Source: Amoebidium appalachense
Taxonomy: Eukaryota; Protista; Ichthyosporea
NCBI GenBank assembly: GCA_963693365.1
Contig: CAVNZM010000008.1
Location: forward strand, 1,860,001 to 1,924,000
Direction: 5' to 3'
Length of the DNA: 64,000 nucleotides
The notes under the pieces were generated by a model, which was given only the letters and a program-made list of their open reading frames with translations, was not told where the DNA came from and made no database searches. How positions within the stretch are numbered: the first letter of the stretch is position 1; each line of letters opens with the position of its first letter. Position numbers and translations under genes: made by a program. This document shows positions 22,570 through 50,249 of the stretch, piece by piece.

Positions 22570-22687
22570 CGCCAGCCCAAACGCCCTAGCCCATCCCGAA
22601 AATATTTCGACGGGCCGGTCTGGTCAGCCCAACCCGAAGTTTTTTTAGGCTGGATCGGGCTGACCAAACCAGACCACCCCATCCCTG
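22570..22687. mobile_element. Possible hAT-type MITE fragment
   Basis: Ends in CCCCATCCCTG (reverse complement CAGGGATGGGG, hAT-like terminus). Internal inverted GGTCTGGTCAGCCC/GGGCTGACCAAACC and multiple GCCC motifs. Second terminus not found. Confidence 0.3.
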
Positions 22688-22966
22688 GGGTTGAGTCTAT
22701 TTCAACATGCATGCCACTGCATCATGATGATTATAATCGCTGCACGGGCGAGCGCTGCCGTCGTTTAAGGGATATCTTATAGCTATCCATGGAATGTGTA
22801 ACTTATGTAAATTATAAGGGTATTATAAGAGGCCCGGGCTTTGTGTATAAACTCGTGCCAATTTTTTTTATGCACACACTTTTGGCCCTAGCTAGAGTAG
22901 CCTATAGTTGTTCGGCATAAACATAAACCTGTACATGTACAGGTAAAAACACACCGTGCACAAATC

Positions 22967-23029
<63 letters not shown>

Positions 23030-23319
23030 GCACACGCACACACACACACATATATGCATGGACGTGCACCCACGTGTATCGGGGTTGAACCCCCACATTC
23101 AGTTGCTTATGTCATGGCCATGTTACGCATTATTGGAGTTGATAATGGATCATGCAACATAACAAGATATTTTCTTTCATTATTCTTTCATTGGTGATGT
23201 ACAATCAAACAGTTCGAATTTACCCTCCCTTAGACTGATAACAATAAAACCCCTTCAATGCATACACAACCAGATAACTTGCATTATATCAATTTATATC
23301 AAAAAATGTGATTCTTTTT

Positions 23320-29306
<5,987 letters not shown>

Positions 29307-30510
29307 TTCCCCTATTATAGATACGTCAGTGTGCTTATACTATAATTTCCGCATGTATAACGCCACAAAAATAGGACCTATAGGTATGAAGAAAGTAAGC
29401 TACACATTAAATGGCGTGGGTGCACGCAGGTGTGAGTAGGATACTAGGCTTAAAATGACCGCACGTCTGGGCTAGCGGGGCGAGAATTCCCAAGTCTCTA
29501 AAACAGAAGGTAAACCTCCATGCCCTACGTAAAGCTGTTTTACGCCGTGTGTCTGCCTTTCGGAATGTTTTAGCCAAGCATGCTGACACCTTGCTAAGTT
29601 GCGCGTTGTTGCTGCAGGTATGCAACCGGTGACGCATAAAAATGACGTAGAGCCAATAACAAAGCTTGCACTACATTCCACGATTACACAAAGGCAAGCG
29701 CTTTTTTAAATATGGGCGCGTTGACTACACCAATTAAAAAGGTGCCTCGCACAAGCATTAGCATCTGGTGAGCTGCATGATTGGCTAGTGGTATAAAACG
29801 GGAATGGGGAGTGGACCGTCGAATGTTGGGATCGAAATGGTGAATTGGTGATGTCCAGATATGAACGTGTGTGCGTGTGTGTCGTGTCCGTGCACGTGCG
29901 CACGTACGTATGTGTGCAGTGCGCTTGTGCATAAAAATCACATGGCCATGCACACATGCATGTGTGGGTGTGCATGTTTTGGCCCACGTGCACTGTGGTG
30001 TGTAGGCACCATGTGCACCTTGTGACGGTGTGCCGGTTGCAATGCGAGGTATGCAGTTCTACGTGCCTGACAACTTGTGAGATTGAATCCCTTCGGGGGC
30101 GCGGCCGGGGAGCCCACGTGACTCGTGATCACCACCACACACACGAGAGACACCAAGAGCTCTCTAAGAGCCCTGCTCCTCCCCCACTTTCAACCCCAAC
30201 CCCACAAAACGAAAGAAAACGTAGTGATCAACGGTGGCTGGGCACCGGGTGATACGGTACTGACGGTATACCGTAGATGTTCACGTATACTGTGTCCCGC
30301 GTGACACCGTGTACGAAGGTCACAGTGTGTGCGTGTGCCAGTGTACAGGTGTACGTATACGTGTGGGCTATTGGGGCGGCAGGGGGCCCTCGGGGGGAGG
30401 GGGGGGGGAGGGGGGGGGGGGGGGAGGGAGGGAGGGAGGGGTTGTGCAGTAACCTGTGTGTGTGGTGTGGTGGTGGTGGGGGGGACTTGTGCAGTAAACT
30501 TGGGGGCCCT

Positions 30511-30543
<33 letters not shown>

Positions 30544-31048
30544 GGTTGTATAGTATTGCCGACACCATTTCAGAGCCACGGACTCAAAGCTGTTAAATCA
30601 CATATAAAAGTAGTCTAAGAGAGCTCAGAAAGCTCAGAATCCTTTCGTGCTTTCGAATCATTGGGGGAAGGTACACGCAAAATCGAAGTTAGGAGTGGGA
30701 TGAAGGGGCAAGTGTGACGTGCCCACAAACTTAAAACTCCCACCCACCTACAACCCACCTACCCTAAGATATGGCCTGACTTACGTAGAGAATCAATACA
30801 TGAACGGTAAATCAGCAAACGAAGTGAAAAAACATGCACACTTCACTTTCATAAACAAGCTGTTCTATGTACCAAATAAATAATTCCCTACCAGACTGTA
30901 TGGTCGGGTCCAAGAGTATTTTCTTGATAAAAGTTCAAAGTGCACCCACATACAAATCACACCGTACAACACAATCTACCCCACCGCCCAACAGACGCCA
31001 AGGCATACTCCTTGCTATGCAAATCAAAGCCGTACAAAACCCTCCCAT

Positions 31049-39209
<8,161 letters not shown>

Positions 39210-40514
39210 TTTCCAACACAGGAGTGGGCCAACGCGCCCGAGCTCCCTAAAAAAAGGCGCAAGACAATAACCAGCGCTCTTGGCAACTAATATTAGAATG
39301 GCTACAACTTAGCCTACAAGCCTAAAAGTCGCTCTTGAACAGGTGCCGGCTTCGACACGTAAGTGAGGACTGATAGGCTACTGCTGACATATGTAGAATA
39401 CAGCTAGCTCTCCCAAACTGCGTTCACTTTAACGCCTCCTAGAAGAATACAAGTCTCAAACGACTCAAGAATCACATGCGGCAAAAGGATGTTTGCCGAA
39501 ACAACAACCCTTGAGGCTTCCTGCTTGCACTCTCTAGCTGACAAGCACGGCCATCTAGAAACCTAGATGGCCGTGCTGACAAGCCAAACTTTTCGCGCCA
39601 AATGCGAGTAACTTACGTAAGACGTGTGTGTTGATTCGCTGGTTGGGCATCGTGGGTGCGCACCGGTGCGCTCCGTGCCAGTCCACTATCAGCCGCGGCC
39701 GGGGTAGAGGATGAAGGGAAATGCGCTCGAGAGCTCGAGAGTAGGTGCGGCGCTGCACCTGCTCTGTACTAAAAGAGGTGGTACGATGCATCGTTGATGA
39801 TGTGTCCTGAGAGAGGTGTTACAAGCCAGGCTAGGCCTGTGCACGTGCGAGGCACTTACTATGCATATGCCCACACCGTGGCACACGTGTGAGCTACACG
39901 TGTGCGCATTCAATCACACAGCTGTAGCACATGCCAGCAGGCAAGTCGCCCCAACATTCGAAGGGTTGTCGTTGGGGCACCCGATGACTGTGGATAGTCT
40001 CACCAGCCCATAACTTTTGTTTATTATGTCTTACGATGGTGCTTTATATAAATAGGTTGTTTTTTGCAGTTCATGCTAAACTAACTTTCTCCCATCGACT
40101 GTTGGGTGTCCAGATCTGTTGGGTCGGGTACACTATCTATGACACGACTTACTGGGTTGTGCACAGATCCGCTGAGTCATGAACTGAAATGAATAACGCA
40201 CACGTATTCTCGTAATGACTATATCGGTATTTGGTCATATGCTTTTGAGCACAGGTTCTGCTATAGAGACTCTTCGTTTGCAGTGACCAGCTTAACAGAT
40301 CTCGCTGAAGATTTGTTTTGGCTTAGACTTGAGTGGGCAACTTGTTTGATACACATGAGCTTTAGCACATGGGCTCACTTGTAGGTGCACGGTAAGAAAA
40401 AAAAAAGGGGCAGCCTGAACACATAGCACGCCTACAGTTTTGCACACACACACACAAAGCCCCTCTTCGAAAACACATTCGTAGTCAACAGATGGTTACT
40501 CGCCACATTACATC

Positions 40515-41408
40515 ATGTTACACTTATTTCTTCATGTCGTGGCTGCAGCTCTTCTCTTGCCCAGCACCACACATGTGTATGGTCAGTTTACCCTTTGCTG
40601 TTTCTTTGGTGATGAAACATGCACACTCCCGGGAGCAGAAACCTGCAGCCCACTATCCATGGACGCCTGTTCTTTACTGCCAAAACCCACACCTACCTCA
40701 ACCACAAGCGTTTACTACCTCGGTACGGAAGTAGCCACACAACCCCCATCTATAGCCCTAACGTTATTCTCAAACAGCAACTGCACACAAACCTTCCCAG
40801 GTAATGCATCCGCTAGCCCTGTGGACATTCAAATCGACCAATGTTCAAGTGCAGCAAACAACATACTCCTTCCTCGCTTTCAGCAAACAGTCTTCATTCA
40901 CATCACCAACACTACGTCAGCACCACCACCGATTCCATCATCCCCACCTGTACCCATACCTACTGCCACCGCGACACCACCAACATCAGGCAACACGACG
41001 ACAACCATATCTCCAAATCCCCCTACCCCCACTGCAACACCCAACCAAACTACCACTACCATCCCACCAGCCCCAACAAACGGCACCAACACTACCTCTA
41101 CACACACACCAACCCAGGCCCCAACTTCCACAACCAGGTCTACTACCGCAACAGCTCGCCCCTCGCAAACTACTGTACGCCCTGCGACAAGTTCTCAGGG
41201 GAATAACCGCATACCCACTGGTACATGGCCGGTATTTGCCGTTGCCCCTACAGAAGGACCGTATGCTTTTACTGGTGTTGCTGGCGCTTTTGGGTTCACT
41301 GCTTCCTCTGCTAATTCCGCACACAGCTGCGGTACGGATATGTTGTTTGTAAGTCGTGTTTTTTTACCTGTGGTGATTTCGGCAACACTATTATACGGTG
41401 CTTGGTAG
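40515..41408 (+). CDS. Secreted Cys-domain + Thr/Pro-rich mucin-like protein, probable GPI anchor
   Basis: Intronless 297-aa ORF. Hydrophobic signal peptide MLHLFLHVVAAALLLP, Cys-containing N-domain, T/P-rich stalk with several N-x-T/S sequons, hydrophobic C-terminus preceded by small residues (SSANSAHS). Confidence 0.8.
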   Translation: MLHLFLHVVAAALLLPSTTHVYGQFTLCCFFGDETCTLPGAETCSPLSMDACSLLPKPTPTSTTSVYYLGTEVATQPPSIALTLFSNSNCTQTFPGNASASPVDIQIDQCSSAANNILLPRFQQTVFIHITNTTSAPPPIPSSPPVPIPTATATPPTSGNTTTTISPNPPTPTATPNQTTTTIPPAPTNGTNTTSTHTPTQAPTSTTRSTTATARPSQTTVRPATSSQGNNRIPTGTWPVFAVAPTEGPYAFTGVAGAFGFTASSANSAHSCGTDMLFVSRVFLPVVISATLLYGAW

Positions 41409-41619
41409 TGGCTCTTCTTGCAATTGCAGAGATTAAATGACACTGGCGGCCACTGAATACAAAAGTGATACTGATGATGTACCACTCAAGAGTGCTTGTG
41501 TTTTGAGCCTCTCCCCTTTCACCCCCCCCCTATGCCCCCCAAATCCATCCACCCACCCACACACCCACCCAACCCATTTCTGCGTTTCCCCCCGGGCCCC
41601 TCCCTTCCCAACCCCAAGG

Positions 41620-41654
<35 letters not shown>

Positions 41655-42031
41655 AGATGTGTAAGTGCCATGCACTGCATTGTAATGCCATATGTAGCCG
41701 GCCATGTGCATAAATATGTGTATGGATACCATGGTGTGTGGAATCTCGAAAATGTGCCTGGTGGCTATAGCACCAAACAATCACAGACATTTTAGTGTTC
41801 TCTTGCCTTGGTTTAGTTTTTCGCTTGAAATATTCGGTTTTCAAACCGGATTTTCTACGGGGTTTTCTGTTAACGTTCAGATAAATTTAATTGAGAAGTT
41901 GTTACTTGTTTTTATTTTGTTTGGTTTTTGATTCGAAGTTCTGGTTAATAATCTCGGGGTTTTTGGTTTGGAAGGCTGCACCCCATGCAAGGACGTACCC
42001 ACACACTGTTAAATTCTATAAGTATTTAGGA

Positions 42032-42808
42032 TGTAAGCAGAGACACAGTGGTGCAGTGTGAAAACACCACAGACACACACAACAACAAAACACGGAACGA
42101 TCGGAGCAGTGTACACAACAGACATCAATGTTTAGACACGACTGAACTCAATTTATTTTGATCGCTAATAAATACCTGAAATTCCCTTAAGTTAAATCCA
42201 TACATGATTTCCGACCAGTCGGAAATCAGATCTATGTCTAAAATAACCAATCATAATTAACTGATTATTTCCCGGATAGATCCGGAGACGCGGGAACACA
42301 CACCATAGGTCACAGCTATAAGAAAGAAAAGAGGTGAAGAGTAACGAGGAAAGAGGTGGTGTTTCTAACCTATCATCGGCTACAAAGACTCAGACATTTT
42401 CTGACTAAGTCCACTGATTGGATATAGTACGGCAACACACAAAACAAAAGTGGTTGACTAAGCTATGAATCATACCTGACAAGCTAAAGTGTAACCTAAG
42501 TGTTTTTCTACCAATCAAAACATAACGAGTAATATAAATCTACTCAACGTATATTAGTGAGAGAGAAATATAATTAAATGAAAGGAAACAAGAGAAGAAA
42601 GAAAGAGAAAAGAAAAGACGAAGAAAGAGGAAAAAGAAAAGAAAGCAGGACAGAAAACACGAACAGCAAAACACAGTTATAACCGAAGATATTCATGTAC
42701 ACATAACATGTACACGTGTCTCCCTCACTGGGTAGACTCGTGTACCTATAATCAGTTGCTGTAATCGATATCTAAACACACGAATATAGCCGACACAACA
42801 CGATTACA
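42032..42808. mobile_element. Possible solo LTR (~777 bp)
   Basis: Begins TGTAA and ends TTACA. Flanks AGGA/AGTA form an imperfect 4-bp TSD. AT-rich non-coding interior with AATAAA, a purine tract and an internal palindrome (TGATTTCCGAC/GTCGGAAATCA, ~42205-42229). Confidence 0.4.
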
Positions 42809-43309
42809 AGTACTCAAATACACTGGAGATCGATGTCATAATTTACGTACAAGGAGCACATCTTTTTCATTAAGTAAATGAATGAAAACATAACACGAAC
42901 TGAGAAGATCTTACAATATGTAAATACTACGTATTATAACACACACCCACGCAACCACCACACACGCACGCACGCAAGCGCGCACACACGCACATACACA
43001 CATTGTGGCACACACTCACACCTGAAGTCCGGTCCTACACACAGTTATGCATCATCCAAGCAAAAAAAAAGGAGCATAAGCGAGAACAGTAACTCCGGTG
43101 TTACATACGGCCGGCATACTGTGGCACACACATACAGTCATGACTCTTTTTGTCTCAATCCAATATCGGAAACCAAGCAACTTCTTAAAACTTTGTTAGC
43201 AATTATAGGGCCTGTGCCGTTTTGTAGAGAAGCAAACCACTAAAACACTACATGCCGCCTCTGAATAATGATCATGATGTGTACAATAGACTTACAGCGG
43301 CCTCCCCCC

Positions 43310-43340
<31 letters not shown>

Positions 43341-43715
43341 AAAAAAAAAAAAAAAACCTTCGGAAAAAAAATAGCCCTCTTTCCCTCCTCGCCGCAGCCC
43401 CCCCCCCCCTCCCCCCTGTTGGAAGTAGAGTCCGCTGTGACTAGGGTCGTCGTGGCGCGCTTGGGCGCTGACCCGTTTTTTTACTGCTTTCAGTGTGTTA
43501 ACTCCATGACTGAACTCCATGTCTTTACTCCATGTCTGCACCTGGCAGAGACGTGGCTTATATACCCGGGGGGCAGCAGTCTGGAATGTAATCCGGATGC
43601 CAGGCGCTAATCGGATTGGTTACTTTCATTTAGAGATCTCTGGGACCAGTGAACCAATCGTTTGCAGTCAAAACACAATTGGCAACATTCCTCAACTATG
43701 CAGATGTGCATGTGG

Positions 43716-43805
43716 TGATCGAGTGTCAGCGTGTGTCTGTGTACACGGAACCAATTGTAATGATCGAGTGTCAGCGTGTGTCTGTGTACACGGAACCAAT
43801 TGTAG
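43716..43805. repeat. 45-bp tandem duplication
   Basis: TGATCGAGTGTCAGCGTGTGTCTGTGTACACGGAACCAATTGTA occurs twice head-to-tail. Confidence 0.85.
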
Positions 43806-43863
43806 AGCTAACATACACACATTGTGGAGTGAGCGTAAGTCTGCACTCCAACACCCCCCCCCC

Positions 43864-43976
<113 letters not shown>

Positions 43977-44769
43977 TGTATCAAATTTCAATATGATCCC
44001 GCAAACAGACCCCCTGGATTCTGAATTTTATTATTGCTTGCTTTTGGCTATTTTCTCTTCGAAGCTGAGATGAACTATCATAGGTGTCCCTACTGAATTA
44101 CCCACTTCCATGTATCTCATAGCTACCAAGGCATCTGGCTGCAGTAGCTACCGAATCTACATATGTTGCCAAACCGAGACTTTTATGTAAACCGTACATG
44201 GGGGCAACGGTACAGTTCGAAGTCTGCTGTGTGCCGTTCGACGAACGAACGTGCGTAGCACAATGCCACGAATGAAAACGGGTACTTGAACGAGAACACG
44301 AACAAACACAGCTGATCACACATGACAAGCCTAACACAACACCATCCCATAGGCAACCCCATAGGCTCCTAGAAGTGTATACCTACATGCATGTAATATT
44401 AAAAACTTCATATTCCTTTTCTTTTTAAGGGAAAAAAAGAAGAAAAAAAGAAAAAAGAAAAAAAAAAAAAGGCATCGTAGTACATGCACCACGATAGTCC
44501 GTTGCTGAACCGTTCGTGTGCAAGCTTGGGCACCGTGGGAACGGTTACCCCAGCAAATATAAATATCGATCAGCAGCTGTCACTCTCTTTCTCGGCCTGT
44601 TTTATGATGTTCTCTTTCATGTAGGCATCCGTTTATACCTGCCTGCCTCCAGTCCGAGTGACTCTTGGCTAGTATGTAATAGTTGCCGGGCTACATAAGA
44701 CTCTAAACGTGGTGCAACCTAGAAAGGATAGACCTTTTTTTTCACACTTTCTCGTTTTTACAAGATAAC

Positions 44770-45760
44770 ATGGCGCTCAACGACAAACTTCAAACGGCCA
44801 CCGCCTCTCTTGAGGATCTTTTGGCCACATTTGCATCGGAAAAACGTGCTCTTGAGGAAGAAAAGGCACAGCGGGCGAACATGGAGCCCAAACTCGACAC
44901 CAGCAACCTGGCCGACCCCATCACCCTCAACGTAGGGGGCATCCCCTTTGCCCTTATCCTCAACGACCTGACCAGCAAGCCGGGCTCTTACTTTTCCGCC
45001 ATGTTTTCGGGGCGGTGTGACGCAAAAGTTGACAAGAACGGTGCCTTTTTCATCAACAGAAGCCCCGCGGTTTTCGAATACATTGCAGAACATCTGAGGG
45101 GACGGGAGTTGAAAGCGAAGTTTCTCACACCAAAAGAGAAGGATCTATTGATGGAGGAGGCGGAGTTTTATCGTTTGGACGGGCTGATGGAGGAACTAAA
45201 TTTAAAGCACACTGACTGTCACATCATAGGAGAGCTCGAGTTTATGAACAACATCACACCTCAACACTTCACCTTCTCAGATAACAATCGCACGGCAACC
45301 AAAACCAGTTGCGGCGGCTTCAATGCCACGGTTGTGGGGTCTGAGATGGCATGGCCTGACACCGGCTACTCTGAAGTTCGCATCAAGCACACGTTTTTAT
45401 CACCGGGTGGTATCCTTTTGAACCATACAATGATTGGGTTGGCTCCATCACAGGCAATTGTTACGGAGGCTGCAAGTGGGTCTGCCCCATTCATGACGTG
45501 CGGCTGGTACCTGCACACAAACGACGGAACACTTAAAGCTTTACTCTCGAGACGCTGTTTCCGACGGTGCACGTGTGTACAATACGAGCGCAGTGCCCAA
45601 TGGAGCCACGGTTGGCATTCGTCTGCACAGTGACGGGAAGGTGTCGTTTACAGTCAACGGGAATGATCGTGGCACGGCATTCACCATCTCTACGGGCCAG
45701 CAGTGCCGGGTGGCTGTGATGCCCTACCATGTAGGCACCATTGTGGAGTTGCTCCTGTAG
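44770..45760 (+). pseudogene. KCTD-type (T1) BTB protein with N-terminal coiled coil and C-terminal SPRY/B30.2-like domain, frameshifted
   Basis: ITLNVGG...PGSYFSAMFSG...GAFFINRSPAVFEYIAEHLR...LMEEAEFYRLDGL. SPRY-like FSDNNRTATK, TMIGLA, CGWYLHTNDGTL continues in another frame as LYSRD...GATVGIRL..GKVSFTVNGNDRGTAF...* (45760). 7-bp insertion at ~45535-45541. Confidence 0.75.
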
Positions 45761-45953
45761 ATGAAATGTCAAGGGTGGTGTTAGCGTCGTGATGCCAAAT
45801 ATTTGGCGCGCACTTTGAATCCAAAAAGTTCAAGCCTCCATTGGGTGTCAACAATACTATATGGCTGTACCTGTAATTGTGAATTTGTAATGTTTTTTAT
45901 TGTGATATGCAGGGGGAGTGCGGTGGTTTTGTTTTTTCCCCTTTTTATTTTAT

Positions 45954-45998
<45 letters not shown>

Positions 45999-46479
45999 GG
46001 ATCGATATTTTGAGAAAGTGAAAATGTGCGTATGGTGGTTCAGAGGTTTCTTAGAGAGGCTTGAGTAGTGCAGCGAGTGAGGGTGGATTTGGGTTGTGCA
46101 CGTGTCTGGGGTGTATTGTACGGATGGGAGCCGTAAACTTTGGTTTTTGTGTGAGACGAAACATCATGACTTTAGCATATATAGATCTTGGTATCGAAAG
46201 TTATTTACTTATTGAATAATTTTTATTGTCAACTTTTTTTTGGGAGCGGGAGGGGGGAGGTTGCAATTGGGGGGGGGGGGGCGGGGGGGGGTTGATCCGA
46301 GAGTCATTGTCAATCTATTTTTTAAGTCATCGCTGAGCCTCAGCAGTGCCCTTCGGAAGGCTGTGGCATTCCAAGTGTGGGCCTGCAAGTCCGGGACAAC
46401 AATAACATCATTTCATCACACCGCCAAACTACTTGTTTTTTTTTTTTTAACCAGCGCCGGGCCACGGGAGAGTTGGAAG

Positions 46480-46530
<51 letters not shown>

Positions 46531-47297
46531 AAAAAAAACAAACAAAAAAAACCAACCGTGAATCACTAAGAGACACAATATATGCAGCCGAGTTAAGGTT
46601 CCGGCAAAAACAGTAAGGTACCCGTGTGCCGGCATGCCGCTGTCATGCTGCAGCGCAAAGTTGGACCCCAACACCATCACCCCATTCCCGCCACACATGG
46701 TCACACTTAGTGGTGCTGTGTCGAAGATGGCAGTTTCCATAAGGGACCCCCGCGAGGCCCCTTCCAGGGATGAAAAAAAATAGGATGATCCTCCTCCCCC
46801 CCCCCCCCCCCCCCCCCCGCCAACCCCTCCCCACCCCACCCCCATCCTTCCCCCCTCCTCGCCCTCTTCTCGAGCTAATCAGCTTCCCCTCATTCCTCCC
46901 CGCCCCCTCCCCAGCCCCTCAAGACCTCCTTCCCCCAGGATCTCTTCTGTGGCTCACACGGTAGGCTGTGCACCCCACTTGTTTACGACTTGTACACCCA
47001 TCCTTTGTGCAGCCTGTTTCCCGGAACTCACAGGCTACTACCAAAGTATTGTCCAGCACCACTGTCTCTCTGGGTATACATATCGGTCCAGCCAAAGAGC
47101 CTCACTATGCATATCTATACCCACCAGTGGAATACAGATTGTCCCCGCCCTGCGAGACAACAAACAACGTGACTGTTACACCGTCATGCACACAAGAACC
47201 CCCCCTCCCCCCCACCCCCCGAAAAAAAAAACAACCCCCTACCCCCTTTCCTCCCCCTCACCCCCCCCCCCCCCCCCTCCTTTCCGGGACGACAGCA

Positions 47298-47640
47298 TTG
47301 CGGAGGGGCGTCTGCGGAGGGGTCATTTTTTACCCCTCCGCAAAGTCACCCCTCCGCGCACTGGCGGAGGGGGTGCGGAGAGGTTTTCATGAACTTGCGG
47401 AGGGGTTTGACGGTTGTGCGGAGGGGTAAACGTTAGGTTGCGGAGGGTTTTTCTTTTACTTTGCGGAGGGGTGGACCCCTCTGCACCCCAGAATTCGAAG
47501 TTACCCCCTCTATACACCCCCTTCCACCCCTCCGCGAGCGTCAGAATTCACGAAGCAGAGGGGTTTCATGGAAGGGTGCCAAAAAAAACGACTCTGCGGA
47601 GGGGTTCAAAAATATATCAAAAGTCCACTGCAGAGGGGTG

Positions 47641-47674
<34 letters not shown>

Positions 47675-48631
47675 CCCCCCCCCCCCCGGGGCCGGGCCCG
47701 GCCAGTTCGCGCATGATGTGAACTATAGGCATTGTTCTGTACGCAAAAAAAAAGGTAAATATTTTTATAATGTGTAGGAGTATAAGTGCCTGAAAAATTA
47801 GGGTCCTGAAGCTATAAATTAGAAGGTTATTTATTATATTTGAATGAATAACTGCGCGCCCGTGCGCCTACGAAATATCTTGTCGCTAAGTTATGTCTAT
47901 TTTATAATCAGGGTATTATGATTGGCGCGATTTGAGATTTAGAGCTGTAACCAATCAGACAAGTTCTAAATTCAATCGTTATTGGATACATGTCACGACA
48001 GATTGATGCCGGTATGAAATGACATACCGGCCACGTGATTCATCACTTATTGTAGGCTGTGTTTCGCTTTCTAAACGCCGGTCGGTGCCACGGTGACACA
48101 CATCTATCAAGGAATTAAAAATTAAATGAACATTGAACGCAAAAACGCTCTTTAAAAAAAGAAAACTAACACCAAATACTTCAATATTTGGCTGCATACT
48201 TCCGGAGATCTATGTAGATCCAGTTCGGCGGCACCACGTGCACGTGGCACGGCCACCGCCCGGCGCCGGCTGCGTAGTAGACTACACAGTGCCCTCCCTC
48301 CCCTCCCCCCCCCCCCCCCCCCCCCCCCCCGAGGCACCCCTCTAACCTTTAAAAGTTGCCCCTCCGCAGTGCAACATTTTCTCCTGCCCCTCTGCAAGGT
48401 CTTTTTTGGCAATACAGAGGGGTGTGCGGAGGGGTTTTTATAGCTTTGCGGAGGGGTGGGCGGGGGGGCGTCCCCTCCGCAACCCCTCCGCAAAGCTATA
48501 AAAACCCCTCCGCACCCCTCCGCACCCCCTCCGCAAAGTCATAAAACCCCTCCGTAATGTCGTTTTTTCGGCGCGGAGGGGTGACTTTGCGGAGGGGTCA
48601 AATTCACCCCTCCGCAGACGCCCCTCCGCAA
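47298..48631. mobile_element. Non-autonomous foldback/MITE-like DNA transposon with long imperfect TIRs
   Basis: TTGCGGAGGGGCGTCTGCGGAGGGGT...ACCCCTCCGCAAAGTCACCCCTCCGCGC at 47298-47359 is the reverse complement of 48572-48631. Arms of ~300 bp are built from many GCGGAGGGG motifs, around a non-coding AT-rich core. Confidence 0.8.
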
Positions 48632-48654
48632 AGTGCGCCACCCCCCCCCCCCCC

Positions 48655-48689
<35 letters not shown>

Positions 48690-48905
48690 ACAAAAAAAAA
48701 CAAAAAAAACAGCCCAAGGTGACACCCATGCGCAAATCCCTGTCTGGGTCTACTCCCTACGTCCCCCAACGCCTGTGGCATTCAGTTTGTTGATAAATGA
48801 TGTCGGCTGTACTCTCTCGGTGTGTACATATGTACATGTATGCGTGTGGCGGCGTATGTCCGTGTGTGTGTACAGTAACTGTATGTGCTTGTGTGTGCGT
48901 GCGTA

Positions 48906-48941
<36 letters not shown>

Positions 48942-49127
48942 CGCGCGTGTGCGTGTGAATTTCTGTTGTACAAGGGACGTGTGTGTGTATCCGTGCGTGT
49001 GTATTTGCGTGTACACGTGTGTATACGGTGCGCACGTGCGTTTGTGCATGTGAAGTCCGTGTGCATACATATGTATGACATTGTGTGCACGTGCGCGTGT
49101 GCGGTACATGTGCATGGGTGTGTGTGT

Positions 49128-49191
<64 letters not shown>

Positions 49192-49352
49192 GCGTGTGTG
49201 TCTGGGGGGAGGGGGGGGGAATATTACTTTTGAGCCTTTGAATGGCCGGATAGAGGGGGGGGGGGGGGGGGGGGGGGAGACCCCGACACGCTCGAGAGGC
49301 CAGGGGGGGGGGGGGGGGGGAGTGGGTGGATGGGTGGATGGGTGGGTGGGGT

Positions 49353-49385
<33 letters not shown>

Positions 49386-49919
49386 GCTGAAGAGATGAAC
49401 CCCCGGCCGCATACGGCATGGCTGACTTTTTTTTTTGATAACAAGGCTGAGAAAACATACGAAATGTATCTGTCCATGTGTATTGATATCAGATCGGAAG
49501 CGGAAATTTAAGCCACACCCATAACACAACAGGTTCCGGCCTGTCCCACACCGTGCGTAATAAACAGACTCTTTAACGGGGCGAGCATGCCGGGTGGTCA
49601 GTGCATTAACTCTGCACAAGCTCTGGTATCCAGCAGATTACGAAACGTAACCACGAGCCCACGTGCACGTCTGGTGTACATGTCACATACACATATGTAC
49701 GTGGATATCGATATGTACATGTATGCTTGGCTACACTCTAATCGGGGCGGAAGGGGTATAGGAATTCGACAGATATATGTGCAATAACTAGCTTTAAAGT
49801 TAAACAAACTGCCCAACATGTCTAGGCTTAGTAGCTGCAGCACGGTTTTTGCGCTTAATATTAGCAATAAACATCGTAGCTGCAGTATCGTTAGTCAGGC
49901 TGAAATTGACTTGACCAAA

Positions 49920-50168
49920 ACGATTGGTTCGCTCACCAAAAATGTTCAAGAGATCCAAAGAGCTAATTGGCTCATTACACATCAAGAGATTCCGCAAGCT
50001 TGCCATATTAGGTAATAGATCTAGATAGCTGGCCAACGGAAACGTTTATAATTTTTTATTGGAGGTATTGATCTCTCAACCAGCCAATCATTGATCGTCG
50101 ATGATGCAGACGGCATGCTTTTTAGATTAGCGCACCTCGTGCCCGGTGGGACCGGCAGCATATAAATA
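49920..50168 (+). promoter_or_regulatory. CCAAT + TATA promoter
   Basis: ATTGG/CCAAT at ~49923, 49966, 50058 and 50084; TATAAATA at 50161-50168, ~80 bp before the ATG at 50250. Confidence 0.6.
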
Positions 50169-50249
50169 CCGCAACCTCTCCCCATTCACAAACCAAACTC
50201 ACACGCTGTTGTTAGCACACTGCACTGCAGATTTAAGTGAAACGCGAAA

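Noticed and set aside
46320-47180. Possible exon fragments between the KCTD gene and the foldback element
   Set aside because: No recognisable domain or consistent splice chain.
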